Positions 40,742 to 50,246 are shown, counted from the stretch's first letter. The stretch is 64,000 nt of DNA from Trichormus sp. ATA11-4-KO1 (GCA_019358915.1 JAHHIM010000014.1:37574-101573); one strand, 5' to 3'. Numbers and translations are program-made. The notes: generated by a model not told the origin, from the letters alone.

Positions 40742-40787
40742 CGTCTTGGTGTCTTTGTGGTAAAAAATTAACCACAAAGGCACGAAG
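40742..40787. repeat. Short palindromic dispersed repeat (related copy at ~37427-37472)
   Basis: CTTGGTGTCTTTGT(G/A)G...CCAC(A/C)AAG(G/A)CACGAAG in both spacers flanking the RND permease. Confidence 0.55.
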
Positions 40788-40811
40788 AAGATATAATATT
40801 TATCAAGTGTG

Positions 40812-41729
40812 TTATGTGCTTATTTCTCTGATAAATGGTGCGATCGCCTGCACAAATTCCGTGGTTGATTCATAAGGTAACACGTTTCGACCCGGTAATT
40901 TAATACCACGCCCTTGAGGTAAACAAGCCAGATAATCGGCCAAGCGTTGATCTGGAGTTTCTTGTTTACCTTCTTGGCTAATACTTGATGCTGTTTCTCC
41001 CACAACTACCAGTGTTGGCTGCTGAATAGAAGCAAGATAGCTACTATAATTTTGTCGCCAAAATCCAGCCAAAAATGAAAACACAGCATGGCGACTTGCA
41101 GGATTTTCTGCACCTGCAACCAGCATATTTAACCACTCTGCATCTACAGCATTTTCCGAGGCGAAAAGTTGGCGAATTGAGAAAGAGCGTAAAAATTTGG
41201 TAGTGCGTGCATAGCGATAAAATGCATTACCCAAAGGCGAATCAAAAACATTCCAAGCTAGTTTTTGTCCCCATGCTGATGATTCTTTTGTAATCACTGG
41301 CCAAGCTGGCGGTCCTGCTAGAATAAGTCCAGAAATTAAATTTAATTCTTTTTGAACTAATTCTATAGCAACTGGTAATAAAGCACCTTGCACCACTACT
41401 ACTACAGGTTTTTGTACCACTGTTTGTAAAAAGTAATGCAACTGCTCTGCCCAATCTTTAGGAGTATAAGCTACATGAGGCATATCACTTTCGCCACATC
41501 CTAGTAAATCAGGATTATAAATAAGATTGCGGTGTCCGGCTGTATACCATTCGCAGCGAAATCTCTGCCAAAATTGCCGCGATAATCCCACACCAATAGG
41601 ATGAATTAATAATAAAGGAATTCCTTCACTGAGAGAATTATTGGGTTGATGTAATTCGTAGGCACAACGATATTTTCTCCAGGTGTAAAACTGGGTAGAA
41701 GATATTCTAATATTGAGTGTATTAGCCAT
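40812..41729 (-). CDS. Alpha/beta hydrolase-fold protein with degenerate catalytic motifs
   Basis: LLLIHPIG, PDLLGCGESD, QPTLVVVGE; no GxSxG. Confidence 0.8.
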   Translation of the reverse strand: MANTLNIRISSTQFYTWRKYRCAYELHQPNNSLSEGIPLLLIHPIGVGLSRQFWQRFRCEWYTAGHRNLIYNPDLLGCGESDMPHVAYTPKDWAEQLHYFLQTVVQKPVVVVVQGALLPVAIELVQKELNLISGLILAGPPAWPVITKESSAWGQKLAWNVFDSPLGNAFYRYARTTKFLRSFSIRQLFASENAVDAEWLNMLVAGAENPASRHAVFSFLAGFWRQNYSSYLASIQQPTLVVVGETASSISQEGKQETPDQRLADYLACLPQGRGIKLPGRNVLPYESTTEFVQAIAPFIREIST

Positions 41730-41748
41730 ATAAATTATTTTATATATA

Positions 41749-42573
41749 TTAAAAGACCATCTGTGGTTGAATCAATTTGTATCCAGCTTCTTTGATTTTT
41801 TGATTGGATACTCTAGCATTATATGGACGGTTACTCTTACTAGAAGCATCCCATGTTACTTTAGCTAAGTTGTGTTTTTCAAATAAGCTATCAAGTAATT
41901 ATTGACTGGTAAGATGAGCATCATCTACCAGATTATAAATACCTTGTAAGTGCTGTTGACGCACAAATTCTATAGCCCCAACGATATCATCCAAGTGAAT
42001 CCAATTGTTTATATCCTCACCATTCCCAGGACGGGTTGTACCTGGAACTCTACTAAATATTTTCACCAATTCTCTGTTAGGTCTATAAATACCTCCCAAC
42101 CTTAAAATACAAATGCGGAGATTTTTCCGAGATGCTGCTAGTAATATTTCTTCAGTCTCTTTAAGAATCTTGCCATTTTCATGGGTTGGTACAGATGGCA
42201 TTTCTTCATCTACCCAAGCACCTTTTTGGTCACCATAAACTGCATAACTGCCTGTATATATTAGTTGTTTTACACTAGGAATATCCTGCAAAACTTCAAC
42301 TAAAGTTTTGGCAGTATTTAAATAAGTTTCTTTATATAAATTTGCTGCTTTTGCACCAACACTCAGCAGCACTACATCTTGATTTTGCAATACAGATTTT
42401 AGTTTTTCTGAATCATTTCCTTGGGTGACTATAACCTTTTGGGCTACACTTTGTAGAGTGGGGACACGCTCAGGGGTAGTTGTGGTAGCGGTGATGATAA
42501 AAGTCATCTTTTGTTGCCAATATTCAGCAACTGCACAACCAACATAACCACAACCAATAATGGCAATATTCAT
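41749..42573 (-). pseudogene. NAD(P)-dependent SDR/epimerase-like oxidoreductase interrupted by an in-frame stop
   Basis: IIGCGYVG, LRLGGIY, NWIHLDD; TAA at 41899-41901, then the frame continues LLDSLFEK...NARVSNQKIKEAGY...MVF* to 41749. Confidence 0.82.
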
Positions 42574-42639
42574 AAATAAAATTCATTTTTTGAGTCAATA
42601 GCCCGCATTTCTAGACTAATAATTCTTTGCGTACATATG

Positions 42640-43287
42640 TTAACTATGGACGACACCATCAGGCATAATTGCACCAGCCAAGTTAGCGCCAATTAATTTT
42701 ACCATTAAGCGATCGCCTGAACGAATTCGCGCTCCTGTTAAGTCGGCTCCGCGCAAATCTGCTCCACTAAGATCCGCACCAATCAAGTTAGCAGAACGCA
42801 AGTTTGCTTCTCTGAGATCAGCTAAAAGTAAGTTAGCCCTAAACAAATTTGCTTCTGACAAATCTGCACCTCTAAGGTTAACTTTATGCATAAAAGTATC
42901 ACTGAGATTAGCGCCACTCAAATTAGCGTAACTCATGTTTCTGCCAGATAAATCTTTATTGCTTAAATTAGATCCACTGAAATCCTTGCCACTCAAATCG
43001 GAATTTTGTCTTGGTGGTTTATAAGTACTTTGAGGTGGTTTCTTCTCATAAGGTGGTGGAGAGTGATGAATAGTTTTATGCTTACCATTTAAAGAACGCA
43101 ATTTTTCCCGCGCTTCATTAATTGCTTTCAGCTTCTCTTGAGCTTTCTTTTGTAAGCGAAGATTTTCTTGCGGAATACGATCAGGATGCCACACGAAAAC
43201 CAAGTCTTTATAAGCCTGGTTTACTTCCTCAAGTGTTGCTCCAGGTTCTATTTCCAAGACTCTATAATACTGCTCCATCTCGCTCAT
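42640..43287 (-). CDS. DnaJ-domain + pentapeptide-repeat protein
   Basis: YYRVLEI...VWHPDR J domain; A(N/D)LxG/A pentapeptides. Confidence 0.9.
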   Translation of the reverse strand: MSEMEQYYRVLEIEPGATLEEVNQAYKDLVFVWHPDRIPQENLRLQKKAQEKLKAINEAREKLRSLNGKHKTIHHSPPPYEKKPPQSTYKPPRQNSDLSGKDFSGSNLSNKDLSGRNMSYANLSGANLSDTFMHKVNLRGADLSEANLFRANLLLADLREANLRSANLIGADLSGADLRGADLTGARIRSGDRLMVKLIGANLAGAIMPDGVVHS

Positions 43288-43629
43288 AAGATATTTTGGT
43301 TGTTCCCAACCTAACAAATTAGGACTGGGCAGTTTTTTACTGGCATTTAGCTATTATACATACGTATCTTAAATAACTCAGTCCATCAATAACCTTTTGG
43401 TTGATATACCCAAAAATACTATACCTTTTTGGTATACACCGAAATTACATCGCGATCGCCACATCCAACGTGTAGTTTTGTGTAGATTTAGGTTTTTGAT
43501 AGTCAACCTTTTGCCCACTTTTTCAAAGCTATGTAAATATTTTTTTCATACAGAATAATTACTCAAGAACTCTTGGTATTTAACTCTGATTTTTTCCCTT
43601 TTGAGTTTTTAGTTTTACTTTTTGACTTA

Positions 43630-44124
43630 CTACCTCCCCATTACACCATTTCTCCACCGATTTATGGCTCCTAAATATGCAACAACTGGAATTTGATAAA
43701 CCTCAACAAAAATCCACACAATAATTGATAAATGTGACAAAAAAGTGAGTATTGTCCAGATATATGGTATCCACGTAATGGGAGTATTGGCCATAGGGGG
43801 AAAATAATAAGCTACTATACCAATCAAAATGGTGGGAAGCACTACAAAAGTAATTGCTGCTAGCCCATAACCCCAGCCTAATTCAACGCCCTCTAACTGG
43901 GCTTCTGTCCAGTTAAAGCCATTCCAGCGCCAAATCAAGGGAGGTTGCCGAGAAGGCATCTTGATTTGTTGTTGTTCTAGGTTAACAGTAAAAATCTCAT
44001 GGCAGAAGTCACAAGCCATAGTCTCCATCATTGGCATATGAGAAATCTTACCTATCCGACAAACTGGGCAGGGGTAAACTCCTTGAAAGTCGAAAGACGT
44101 GGTTAAGAGTTTAGAACTGGGCAT
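43630..44124 (-). CDS. Conserved hypothetical protein (CxxC zinc motifs + 2 TM)
   Basis: CPVC...CDFC, two hydrophobic helices. Confidence 0.7.
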   Translation of the reverse strand: MPSSKLLTTSFDFQGVYPCPVCRIGKISHMPMMETMACDFCHEIFTVNLEQQQIKMPSRQPPLIWRWNGFNWTEAQLEGVELGWGYGLAAITFVVLPTILIGIVAYYFPPMANTPITWIPYIWTILTFLSHLSIIVWIFVEVYQIPVVAYLGAINRWRNGVMGR

Positions 44125-44377
44125 AATGAAGAGTGCTGAGTGCTGAGTTAAAAGACTGCCTTCAAAGGGTGGGGTTTCAACCTAACCTGTAATACAAGGG
44201 ATTTTCGCCCATTAGGAGCATTAGCGTAGCATTCCCTAGGGTAGAGGCTTGATTAAATTTATGCACATCTGGTGATGTCTTGTATTAGCTGCTTGTGTCT
44301 GTGCCAACAAACAAGCAACCAGCGTTTACTTCCGCAGTTGTAATGAGTTTATCGCTTTTTTGGGTGTTCTGTGGGTC

Positions 44378-44406
44378 TTGACGCTGCCGACACCTTCTGT
44401 TAATGT
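44378..44406 (+). promoter_or_regulatory. Sigma70-type promoter of the DAHP synthase leader
   Basis: TTGACG-N17-TAATGT with an extended -10 TG. Confidence 0.65.
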
Positions 44407-44453
44407 GACCTTATTAAAGATGTACATTCAAGTTCTAACTTAACGCCCCACAA

Positions 44454-44510
44454 ATGTTCAGCAGCAATCACTACTTTTATTTTTGGTTTCAGGCGGTTCA
44501 CTGGGAGTGA
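44454..44510 (+). CDS. Leader peptide 1 (MFSSNHYFYFWFQAVHWE)
   Basis: 18-codon uORF with six consecutive aromatic codons; its 3' end overlaps an antiterminator arm. Confidence 0.82.
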   Translation: MFSSNHYFYFWFQAVHWE

Positions 44511-44574
44511 ATCAAGTTTCCTGATGGAAACCGCCCAGTGAACCGCAGAGCAAACTCTGCGGTTTTTGTGTTTT
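44493..44574 (+). terminator. Attenuator 1: antiterminator plus intrinsic terminator
   Basis: GCGGTTCACTGGG (44493-505) pairs perfectly with CCCAGTGAACCGC (44534-546). That arm overlaps the terminator AACCGCAGAG-CAAA-CTCTGCGGTT (44541-564), which is followed by TTTGTGTTTT. Confidence 0.85.
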
Positions 44575-44592
44575 AAGGAGCAGCCTTTCATC

Positions 44593-44658
44593 ATGATGAC
44601 CTATTCCAGTAGCTGGTTTTATGGCTTTTACTTTTGGCCCAGAGCAAGTTCCGGGTGA
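44593..44658 (+). CDS. Leader peptide 2 (MMTYSSSWFYGFYFWPRASSG)
   Basis: 21-codon uORF, SD AAGGAG at 44575-80, 7 aromatic codons within WFYGFYFW. Confidence 0.85.
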   Translation: MMTYSSSWFYGFYFWPRASSG

Positions 44659-44716
44659 GTAGTGTCATGCTGATGAATCAGAACACGCCCGGAACTCAAA
44701 GGTTTCGGGCTTTTTT
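44647..44716 (+). terminator. Attenuator 2: antiterminator plus intrinsic terminator
   Basis: AGTTCCGGGTG (44647-57) pairs with CGCCCGGAACT (44686-96). That arm overlaps the terminator GCCCGGAACT-CAAA-GGTTTCGGGC (44687-710), which is followed by TTTTTT. Confidence 0.87.
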
Positions 44717-44782
44717 AATGGGAGTGAGGGAGTGAGGGAAATAACTAATGACCAATGACCAATTTTTCAGGAGAATCAAACC

Positions 44783-45655
44783 ATGATTAACGCCAAACTA
44801 GCTGCACAATCTCATTCTGACCACCAAACAATTGTGAAACTTTCCGAAACAGTCGCTTTCGGTGGTAAAGAACTGGTAGTTATCGGTGGTCCCTGCACAG
44901 TGGAAAGTTTAGAGCAAATGGAAACAGTCGCCCAAACCTTAGCTGCTGCACCTGTGCAGGCTTTGCGTGGCGGTGTCTACAAGCCCCGCACTTCTCCCTA
45001 CGCCTTTCAAGGAATGGGAGAGGAAGGATTGGCAGTTTTAGCAAAAGTGCGATCGCGCTACAATATCCCAGTTGTCACTGAGGTAATGTCAATTTCTCAA
45101 ATTGCAGTAGTCGCTGCTCATGCTGATATGCTTCAGGTTGGTAGCCGCAATATGCAAAACTTCGACTTACTCAAAGCTTTGGGACAAGCTGGCAAGCCCA
45201 TACTACTTAAACGTGGTTTAGCAGCGACAATTGAAGAATTCGTCATGGCAGCCGAATATATACTCAGCCACGGTAATGCTGATGTGGTACTGTGCGAACG
45301 GGGTATCCGCAGCTTTGATAATTACACCCGCAATGTTTTGGATTTAGGGGCGGTGGCTGCACTCAAGCAAATCACTCACTTACCCGTGATTGTAGATCCT
45401 TCCCATGCAGTAGGTAAACGAGAACTTGTTACACCTATGGCCAAGGCTGCTATCGCTTGTGGGGCAGATGGGTTAATTATTGAGTGTCACCCAGAACCTG
45501 AAAAATCCGTTTCTGACGCACGTCAAGCACTTTGTTTAGAAGATATGGTTAATTTGGTTGATAGTTTAAAGCCCATAGCAGCAGCTGTGGGGCGGAGTAT
45601 ATGGGAAGCAACAGGGGCGGATTTGAAATCCGCCCCTGTTTTTTGTGCGGCTTAA
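44783..45655 (+). CDS. aroF: 3-deoxy-7-phosphoheptulonate (DAHP) synthase, class I-beta, catalytic domain only
   Basis: GGPCTVES, RGGVYKPRTSPYAFQG, QVGSRNMQNF, LKRG, CERGIR, DPSH, ECHPEP, SDARQ; SD AGGAG at 44769. Confidence 0.93.
   Translation: MINAKLAAQSHSDHQTIVKLSETVAFGGKELVVIGGPCTVESLEQMETVAQTLAAAPVQALRGGVYKPRTSPYAFQGMGEEGLAVLAKVRSRYNIPVVTEVMSISQIAVVAAHADMLQVGSRNMQNFDLLKALGQAGKPILLKRGLAATIEEFVMAAEYILSHGNADVVLCERGIRSFDNYTRNVLDLGAVAALKQITHLPVIVDPSHAVGKRELVTPMAKAAIACGADGLIIECHPEPEKSVSDARQALCLEDMVNLVDSLKPIAAAVGRSIWEATGADLKSAPVFCAA
45610..45644 (+). terminator. Terminator-like hairpin inside the 3' end of aroF
   Basis: AACAGGGGCGGATTT-G-AAATCCGCCCCTGTT followed by TTTT, upstream of the stop at 45653-55. 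Confidence 0.65.
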
Positions 45656-45822
45656 AGATTTGGCAGCATTACCCAAGAATTAAGGACTTTAGTCCTGACT
45701 ACGAACGTAGTTATCTATCAACTTAAACTTGGCAGATGACTACGTAAGTTGTCATAGCTTGTGTGGCGTAGGTATAGATTGCTGTTGCTAGAAGTCTATA
45801 ATTATTGACGATGCTGATGGTT

Positions 45823-46725
45823 TTATTCAAGTGGAAGACTATAAGCACTAAAGCCATAAGCTAACTTTTCTTTCATAGCACCTGAAGGCTTGATGCTTTG
45901 ATTGATTTGTTTAGCAAATGGTACGTTAATTCCTTTGATCGCTCCAGGCAAAATTGCATATTCTTTTGTCGGTTCTACAGTATACTGTGGAGACTTTTTC
46001 GTAATTCCGGAAGTAATTAACATTTCCTGGATTTCATCACTACTATATTGCTTGAGATAAACTGGATTTTGGGAAAACAAATTTAGTCTTCTGACAAAAT
46101 CATGAATGATATGAGATGGACAATGCTTATTGTGAAAAGAATGATTAAAAACAAATACTCCGCCTGGTTTTAGTACACGAGCTATTTCACGCAACAAGTT
46201 CTTTAGTTGTGCGTGTGGTATGTGCATAAAAACACAGTTAGATATTACTAAGTCTATAGAATTATCCTCTAGAGGCAATATTTCAGCAGAATTACAAATT
46301 GGGTAAAATTCAGCCCCTGGAAAAAAATCGTATTCTTGTTTAACCTTGATTAACCTTTGTAACAAGGTTTCAGAGATATCAATAGCATAGTATTTTTGGC
46401 ATCTCAAGTTTTTAGATTTTGAGAGATGTAAAGGAACACGTCCATAACCACAGCCAATCTCTAGAATAGAGTCTACAGATTTATTAATGGGGAATTTATG
46501 CCAAGTACCTCCAGGAATTCCAGTTAAAAGAGTGTAGTCTTGTTTAAGAGGTGATGATTTGCCAACCGTATCAATTTTTTGAGAACCGTAATATGTTTTA
46601 CCAATTTCATCCCACGTTTGCTTATGTTTAGTGCTGTTTAAAAACTCATGGTTAGGAGGAAAATATATACCAGACTGTAACGTAAAACTAGACAAACTGA
46701 ATTGATTATCTACTAGTTGACTCAT
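45823..46725 (-). CDS. Class I SAM-dependent methyltransferase
   Basis: ILEIGCGYG, LPLEDNSIDLV, RVLKPGG. Confidence 0.88.
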   Translation of the reverse strand: MSQLVDNQFSLSSFTLQSGIYFPPNHEFLNSTKHKQTWDEIGKTYYGSQKIDTVGKSSPLKQDYTLLTGIPGGTWHKFPINKSVDSILEIGCGYGRVPLHLSKSKNLRCQKYYAIDISETLLQRLIKVKQEYDFFPGAEFYPICNSAEILPLEDNSIDLVISNCVFMHIPHAQLKNLLREIARVLKPGGVFVFNHSFHNKHCPSHIIHDFVRRLNLFSQNPVYLKQYSSDEIQEMLITSGITKKSPQYTVEPTKEYAILPGAIKGINVPFAKQINQSIKPSGAMKEKLAYGFSAYSLPLE

Positions 46726-47080
46726 GGTAATATTCCAGTTGTGAAAATTTGCTTTTCCAATTCAACACATAACAATGAAATAGTAAGCAGTTAGGAAGAG
46801 GTTTCCTTCCAATACAAACTATAGTTACATCAGAGAAAGTTATGAGTATTACATCCCCATTGAGTGCATGATTATGGGGCGATTAAAAGTTAAAATACTG
46901 CACTGACGATTTTGAAGTTTTATATGTAATGGCGTGTAATCCATTTTTTAACTTATATTCAAATATAGTATAAGTTCAGTAAAAATACTATTGCATTTCT
47001 ATTGTAAAGTTATAGCGAAGTTAAAGTAATGTTTCCATGATTTGTTTAACCTGGAGAACATTACCAATCCCCAATCGTTA

Positions 47081-48688
47081 TTAGTTAGGTGAAGCAGATT
47101 GAGCAACACTCCACCAAGCTAAGCCATAAGATTGAGTTGCTTCATTAATCTGTTGGCGAAACTGGACGCGGATTTTGTAATTCCCGGTAGCAGGAACAGG
47201 GCAAAAGATATGTTCTACACTGTCAACTTCACTAACTGAGGAACAAATAGCACCAGCATCTGGATTTTTATCCTCAGCTTTTACTAGATAGAGGTCGAGA
47301 TTATTCAAGCCGCGATCGCTAAATTGTTCTCCCACATCATACTGCTGATTTTGATTGGAATCATTTAGCTCCACTAACCGATTCCAGTTCAGCGTCACAC
47401 TCACAAAGCTGCCCTGTTTTAACGGTTTTGCCAACGCATAATCAACAGTAGATCCAGCATCCACTGTGCGATAATCCCAACCAATAGCAGGCACTGTGCT
47501 TGATGGTTGCCATTGACCAGCACTAAATTGCTGATAAGCACGATCAGCATTTAAATGGCCTGTTCCCATTTGAGCATCCAAGGGAATTTTGGCATCTTGA
47601 TAAGCATCAGAAGCCAGCCAGTCTTGATTTTGTTTATCAATCAGCGTCCGAGTCATTCCCAAGCGTAAGCCATCACCACTATCTTGGATTTTGTCTGCTG
47701 AATTCAATAAAACCGCTTTCATCACTTGCTGACGGCGACCATCAAGACTCCAATTAAGTTGTTTTGTCCGCATCTGTCGGTCACCAAATTCTTGCAACAA
47801 AGCCACAGTAGCCGTAACCATAGGAGCGGCAAAACTTGTACCTGTGACCTTGTTCAACTTACCATCTGGATTGAGCATCGGAATATTACTACCTGGTGCT
47901 ACCAAACTAATCGCACGACGTCCATCAATATTAAATTCCTTACCAGCTAGCCGACGGTTTGCGCCCCGGTTAGCACCCGCCAGATTGGAAACATCAACTT
48001 TATTAAAAATCTCTCCTCGGCGGGATGAAAAAGCAACGTTTATGCCGTTAAAATTATCTGTAGGAATCGGAATACCGCCTTTACCCTGGTTGCCAGCGAT
48101 CGCATACAAAACATCATGGACGCGACTAGACCAGTCAATACATAACGTTAGTAAAGCATTACCGTCTAAGACAGCATCTGTCCGGGTATCGCGGCTTAAA
48201 GGTTCACCAAAGCTAAAATTGATAGCACGGACATCACCGCTATTTTGTAACGCGATGTGTTGCGCCGATAAGCATTCTTCTGGTTGTCCCATGTTTTTCG
48301 TAGATCCCACGGCAGACGAATACAGTCGCGCTTGGGGGGCAACTCCTGGTAAAGCTTTATCTCTACTGACCATCACACCAGCAACATTGTAGGCGTGAGA
48401 GTCAACACCAGTGTTAGATTTAGCTGTCTCGTTGCGTAAAAATACACCTGCTAAAGATATGGCACGATTTTTAGATACTGCCTTATCCCAACCAAACATT
48501 CCTGGACGCCCAATTTCTACCTGACCAATAGCAATTTTACGTCCAAGTAAATTATAAGGAGGTTGATGTAGTTTCAGTGCATCAATACCGTCAGTGCCCA
48601 GAGAACCATTTAAAGCTGAAGCAAGTACAGGTGCAGTTAAACAAGAAGCACTCAATCCCCAAATCATCCAGCTTAGTTTTTTGCCCAT
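47081..48688 (-). CDS. S8 (subtilisin-like) secreted serine peptidase
   Basis: Signal peptide, SHAYNVAG, GVAP, IAGNQG, TGTSFAAPMV. Confidence 0.85.
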   Translation of the reverse strand: MGKKLSWMIWGLSASCLTAPVLASALNGSLGTDGIDALKLHQPPYNLLGRKIAIGQVEIGRPGMFGWDKAVSKNRAISLAGVFLRNETAKSNTGVDSHAYNVAGVMVSRDKALPGVAPQARLYSSAVGSTKNMGQPEECLSAQHIALQNSGDVRAINFSFGEPLSRDTRTDAVLDGNALLTLCIDWSSRVHDVLYAIAGNQGKGGIPIPTDNFNGINVAFSSRRGEIFNKVDVSNLAGANRGANRRLAGKEFNIDGRRAISLVAPGSNIPMLNPDGKLNKVTGTSFAAPMVTATVALLQEFGDRQMRTKQLNWSLDGRRQQVMKAVLLNSADKIQDSGDGLRLGMTRTLIDKQNQDWLASDAYQDAKIPLDAQMGTGHLNADRAYQQFSAGQWQPSSTVPAIGWDYRTVDAGSTVDYALAKPLKQGSFVSVTLNWNRLVELNDSNQNQQYDVGEQFSDRGLNNLDLYLVKAEDKNPDAGAICSSVSEVDSVEHIFCPVPATGNYKIRVQFRQQINEATQSYGLAWWSVAQSASPN

Positions 48689-48862
48689 GTTTAGTTGTTA
48701 GTAATTAGCTATTATTTATTGTTTATCAAGATAATTTCGGTTGCATATCTGTTTGGGAGTATTTCTTTTGCACCCTTAACAGAACAGGATCAAAGTTATC
48801 AGCATTGGTGCAATATTTTGTTACAATGCCTACAGACGAGAACGCTTTAAAACCCACTAACC

Positions 48863-49570
48863 ATGACCCAAAACCCATCTCAAAAGCCCATTGTGATTGC
48901 TCCATCTATCCTATCAGCCGACTTTAGTCGTCTGGGTGACGAAATTCGTGCCGTAGATGCGGCTGGAGCAGATTGGATTCATGTTGATGTAATGGACGGT
49001 CGTTTCGTACCTAATATTACGATAGGTCCTCTGGTTGTGGAGGCAATTCGTCCAGTGACGAGCAAACCACTCGATGTCCACTTGATGATTGTGGAACCAG
49101 AAAAATATGTAGAAGGCTTTGCTAAAGCTGGTGCTGATATTATTTCTGTACATTGCGAGCATAATGCTTCGCCACACCTACACCGGACTCTCGGGCAAAT
49201 TAAAGAATTAGGGAAGAAAGCTGGAGTTGTGCTGAACCCCGGTACTCCTTTAGAGCTAATTGAATACGTTTTGGATTTGTGCGATTTAGTACTGATTATG
49301 AGCGTTAACCCCGGTTTTGGCGGTCAAAGCTTTATCCCCGGTGTATTGCCCAAAATCCGTAAGCTGCGTCAAATGTGTGATGAACGCGGTCTTGATCCCT
49401 GGATTGAAGTGGATGGGGGACTGAAAGCAAATAACACCTGGCAAGTTTTGGAAGCGGGAGCAAATGCGATCGTTGCTGGTTCGGCTGTGTTTAATGCTAA
49501 AGATTATGCTGAAGCCATGAACGCTATTCGTAACAGTAAGCGTCCTGCACCAGAATTGGCCAAAGTCTAA
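48863..49570 (+). CDS. rpe: Ribulose-phosphate 3-epimerase
   Basis: [44 protein letters not shown]. Confidence 0.97.
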   Translation: MTQNPSQKPIVIAPSILSADFSRLGDEIRAVDAAGADWIHVDVMDGRFVPNITIGPLVVEAIRPVTSKPLDVHLMIVEPEKYVEGFAKAGADIISVHCEHNASPHLHRTLGQIKELGKKAGVVLNPGTPLELIEYVLDLCDLVLIMSVNPGFGGQSFIPGVLPKIRKLRQMCDERGLDPWIEVDGGLKANNTWQVLEAGANAIVAGSAVFNAKDYAEAMNAIRNSKRPAPELAKV

Positions 49571-49603
49571 TTGAGATATTTGCTTAACCAGATGCCACTA
49601 ATA

Positions 49604-49632
49604 GAATAGGGTGGAAATTCCACCCTATTTTT
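49604..49632. terminator. Intrinsic terminator after rpe (possibly bidirectional)
   Basis: AATAGGGTGGAA-A-TTCCACCCTATT followed by TTT. Confidence 0.8.
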
Positions 49633-49680
49633 GTAGCTTGTATTTTCCAGTTGTGATTTTGTGATTGATGTATCTAAGTA

Positions 49681-50184
49681 TTACTTCCGGCTACCCAACC
49701 ACTTAGCCGCAGCAATGCCAATAATCCCAGCAACGACAGGATTACTGAGGAATTTAATAATACCTGGTTGCTCTGCTAGCACTTCCCGGAAAATATCGGG
49801 GTGGTTGTGATAGGCAAAAGATGCAAGTCGGCTGACATCATCAGCAGTCATGCGGTTGGGGTTGCGGGTAGAAAGATTTAGCTGTTGTTCTAGATGTTTA
49901 TCGTCCAATCCTCTAGACTTCAAATGTTTGAAAAAAGCCCTAGCTACATCATCTCTTTCATTAGATTTAATTTGCGCGATCGCCTTCTGTAATTCTGGCT
50001 CCATTTGACTAGGAGGAATCTGCTGTGGATTTACAGACCTGCCAAATAACTGACGACGTTGATCAGTTGTTGTCCGTTGGGCAAAATCATCAAAGTTGTC
50101 ATAGGAAACATCATCGAGAGATTCAACATTACCCTCAGACAAATCTCGCATGATTTGATGTCTGTACTCTTCGCTGCTTGTCAC
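49681..50184 (-). CDS. Conserved hypothetical protein with a C-terminal anchor
   Basis: 167-aa ORF in the same orientation as csbD. Confidence 0.7.
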   Translation of the reverse strand: MTSSEEYRHQIMRDLSEGNVESLDDVSYDNFDDFAQRTTTDQRRQLFGRSVNPQQIPPSQMEPELQKAIAQIKSNERDDVARAFFKHLKSRGLDDKHLEQQLNLSTRNPNRMTADDVSRLASFAYHNHPDIFREVLAEQPGIIKFLSNPVVAGIIGIAAAKWLGSRK

Positions 50185-50246
50185 TTTACTTATCTCCTTA
50201 ATCAGGTTAAATTTTCCTATTACCTGAAGACTTGACTTTAATCAAA

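Noticed and set aside
44400..44594. 64-aa minus-strand ORF from the track
   Set aside because: It is the antisense shadow of the attenuator leader and has no protein-like features
44410..44720. T-box or metabolite riboswitch explanation for the aroF leader
   Set aside because: No T-box consensus (AAnnnGGGTGGnACC) or recognisable aptamer; aromatic-codon uORFs overlapping the antiterminators explain the structure better
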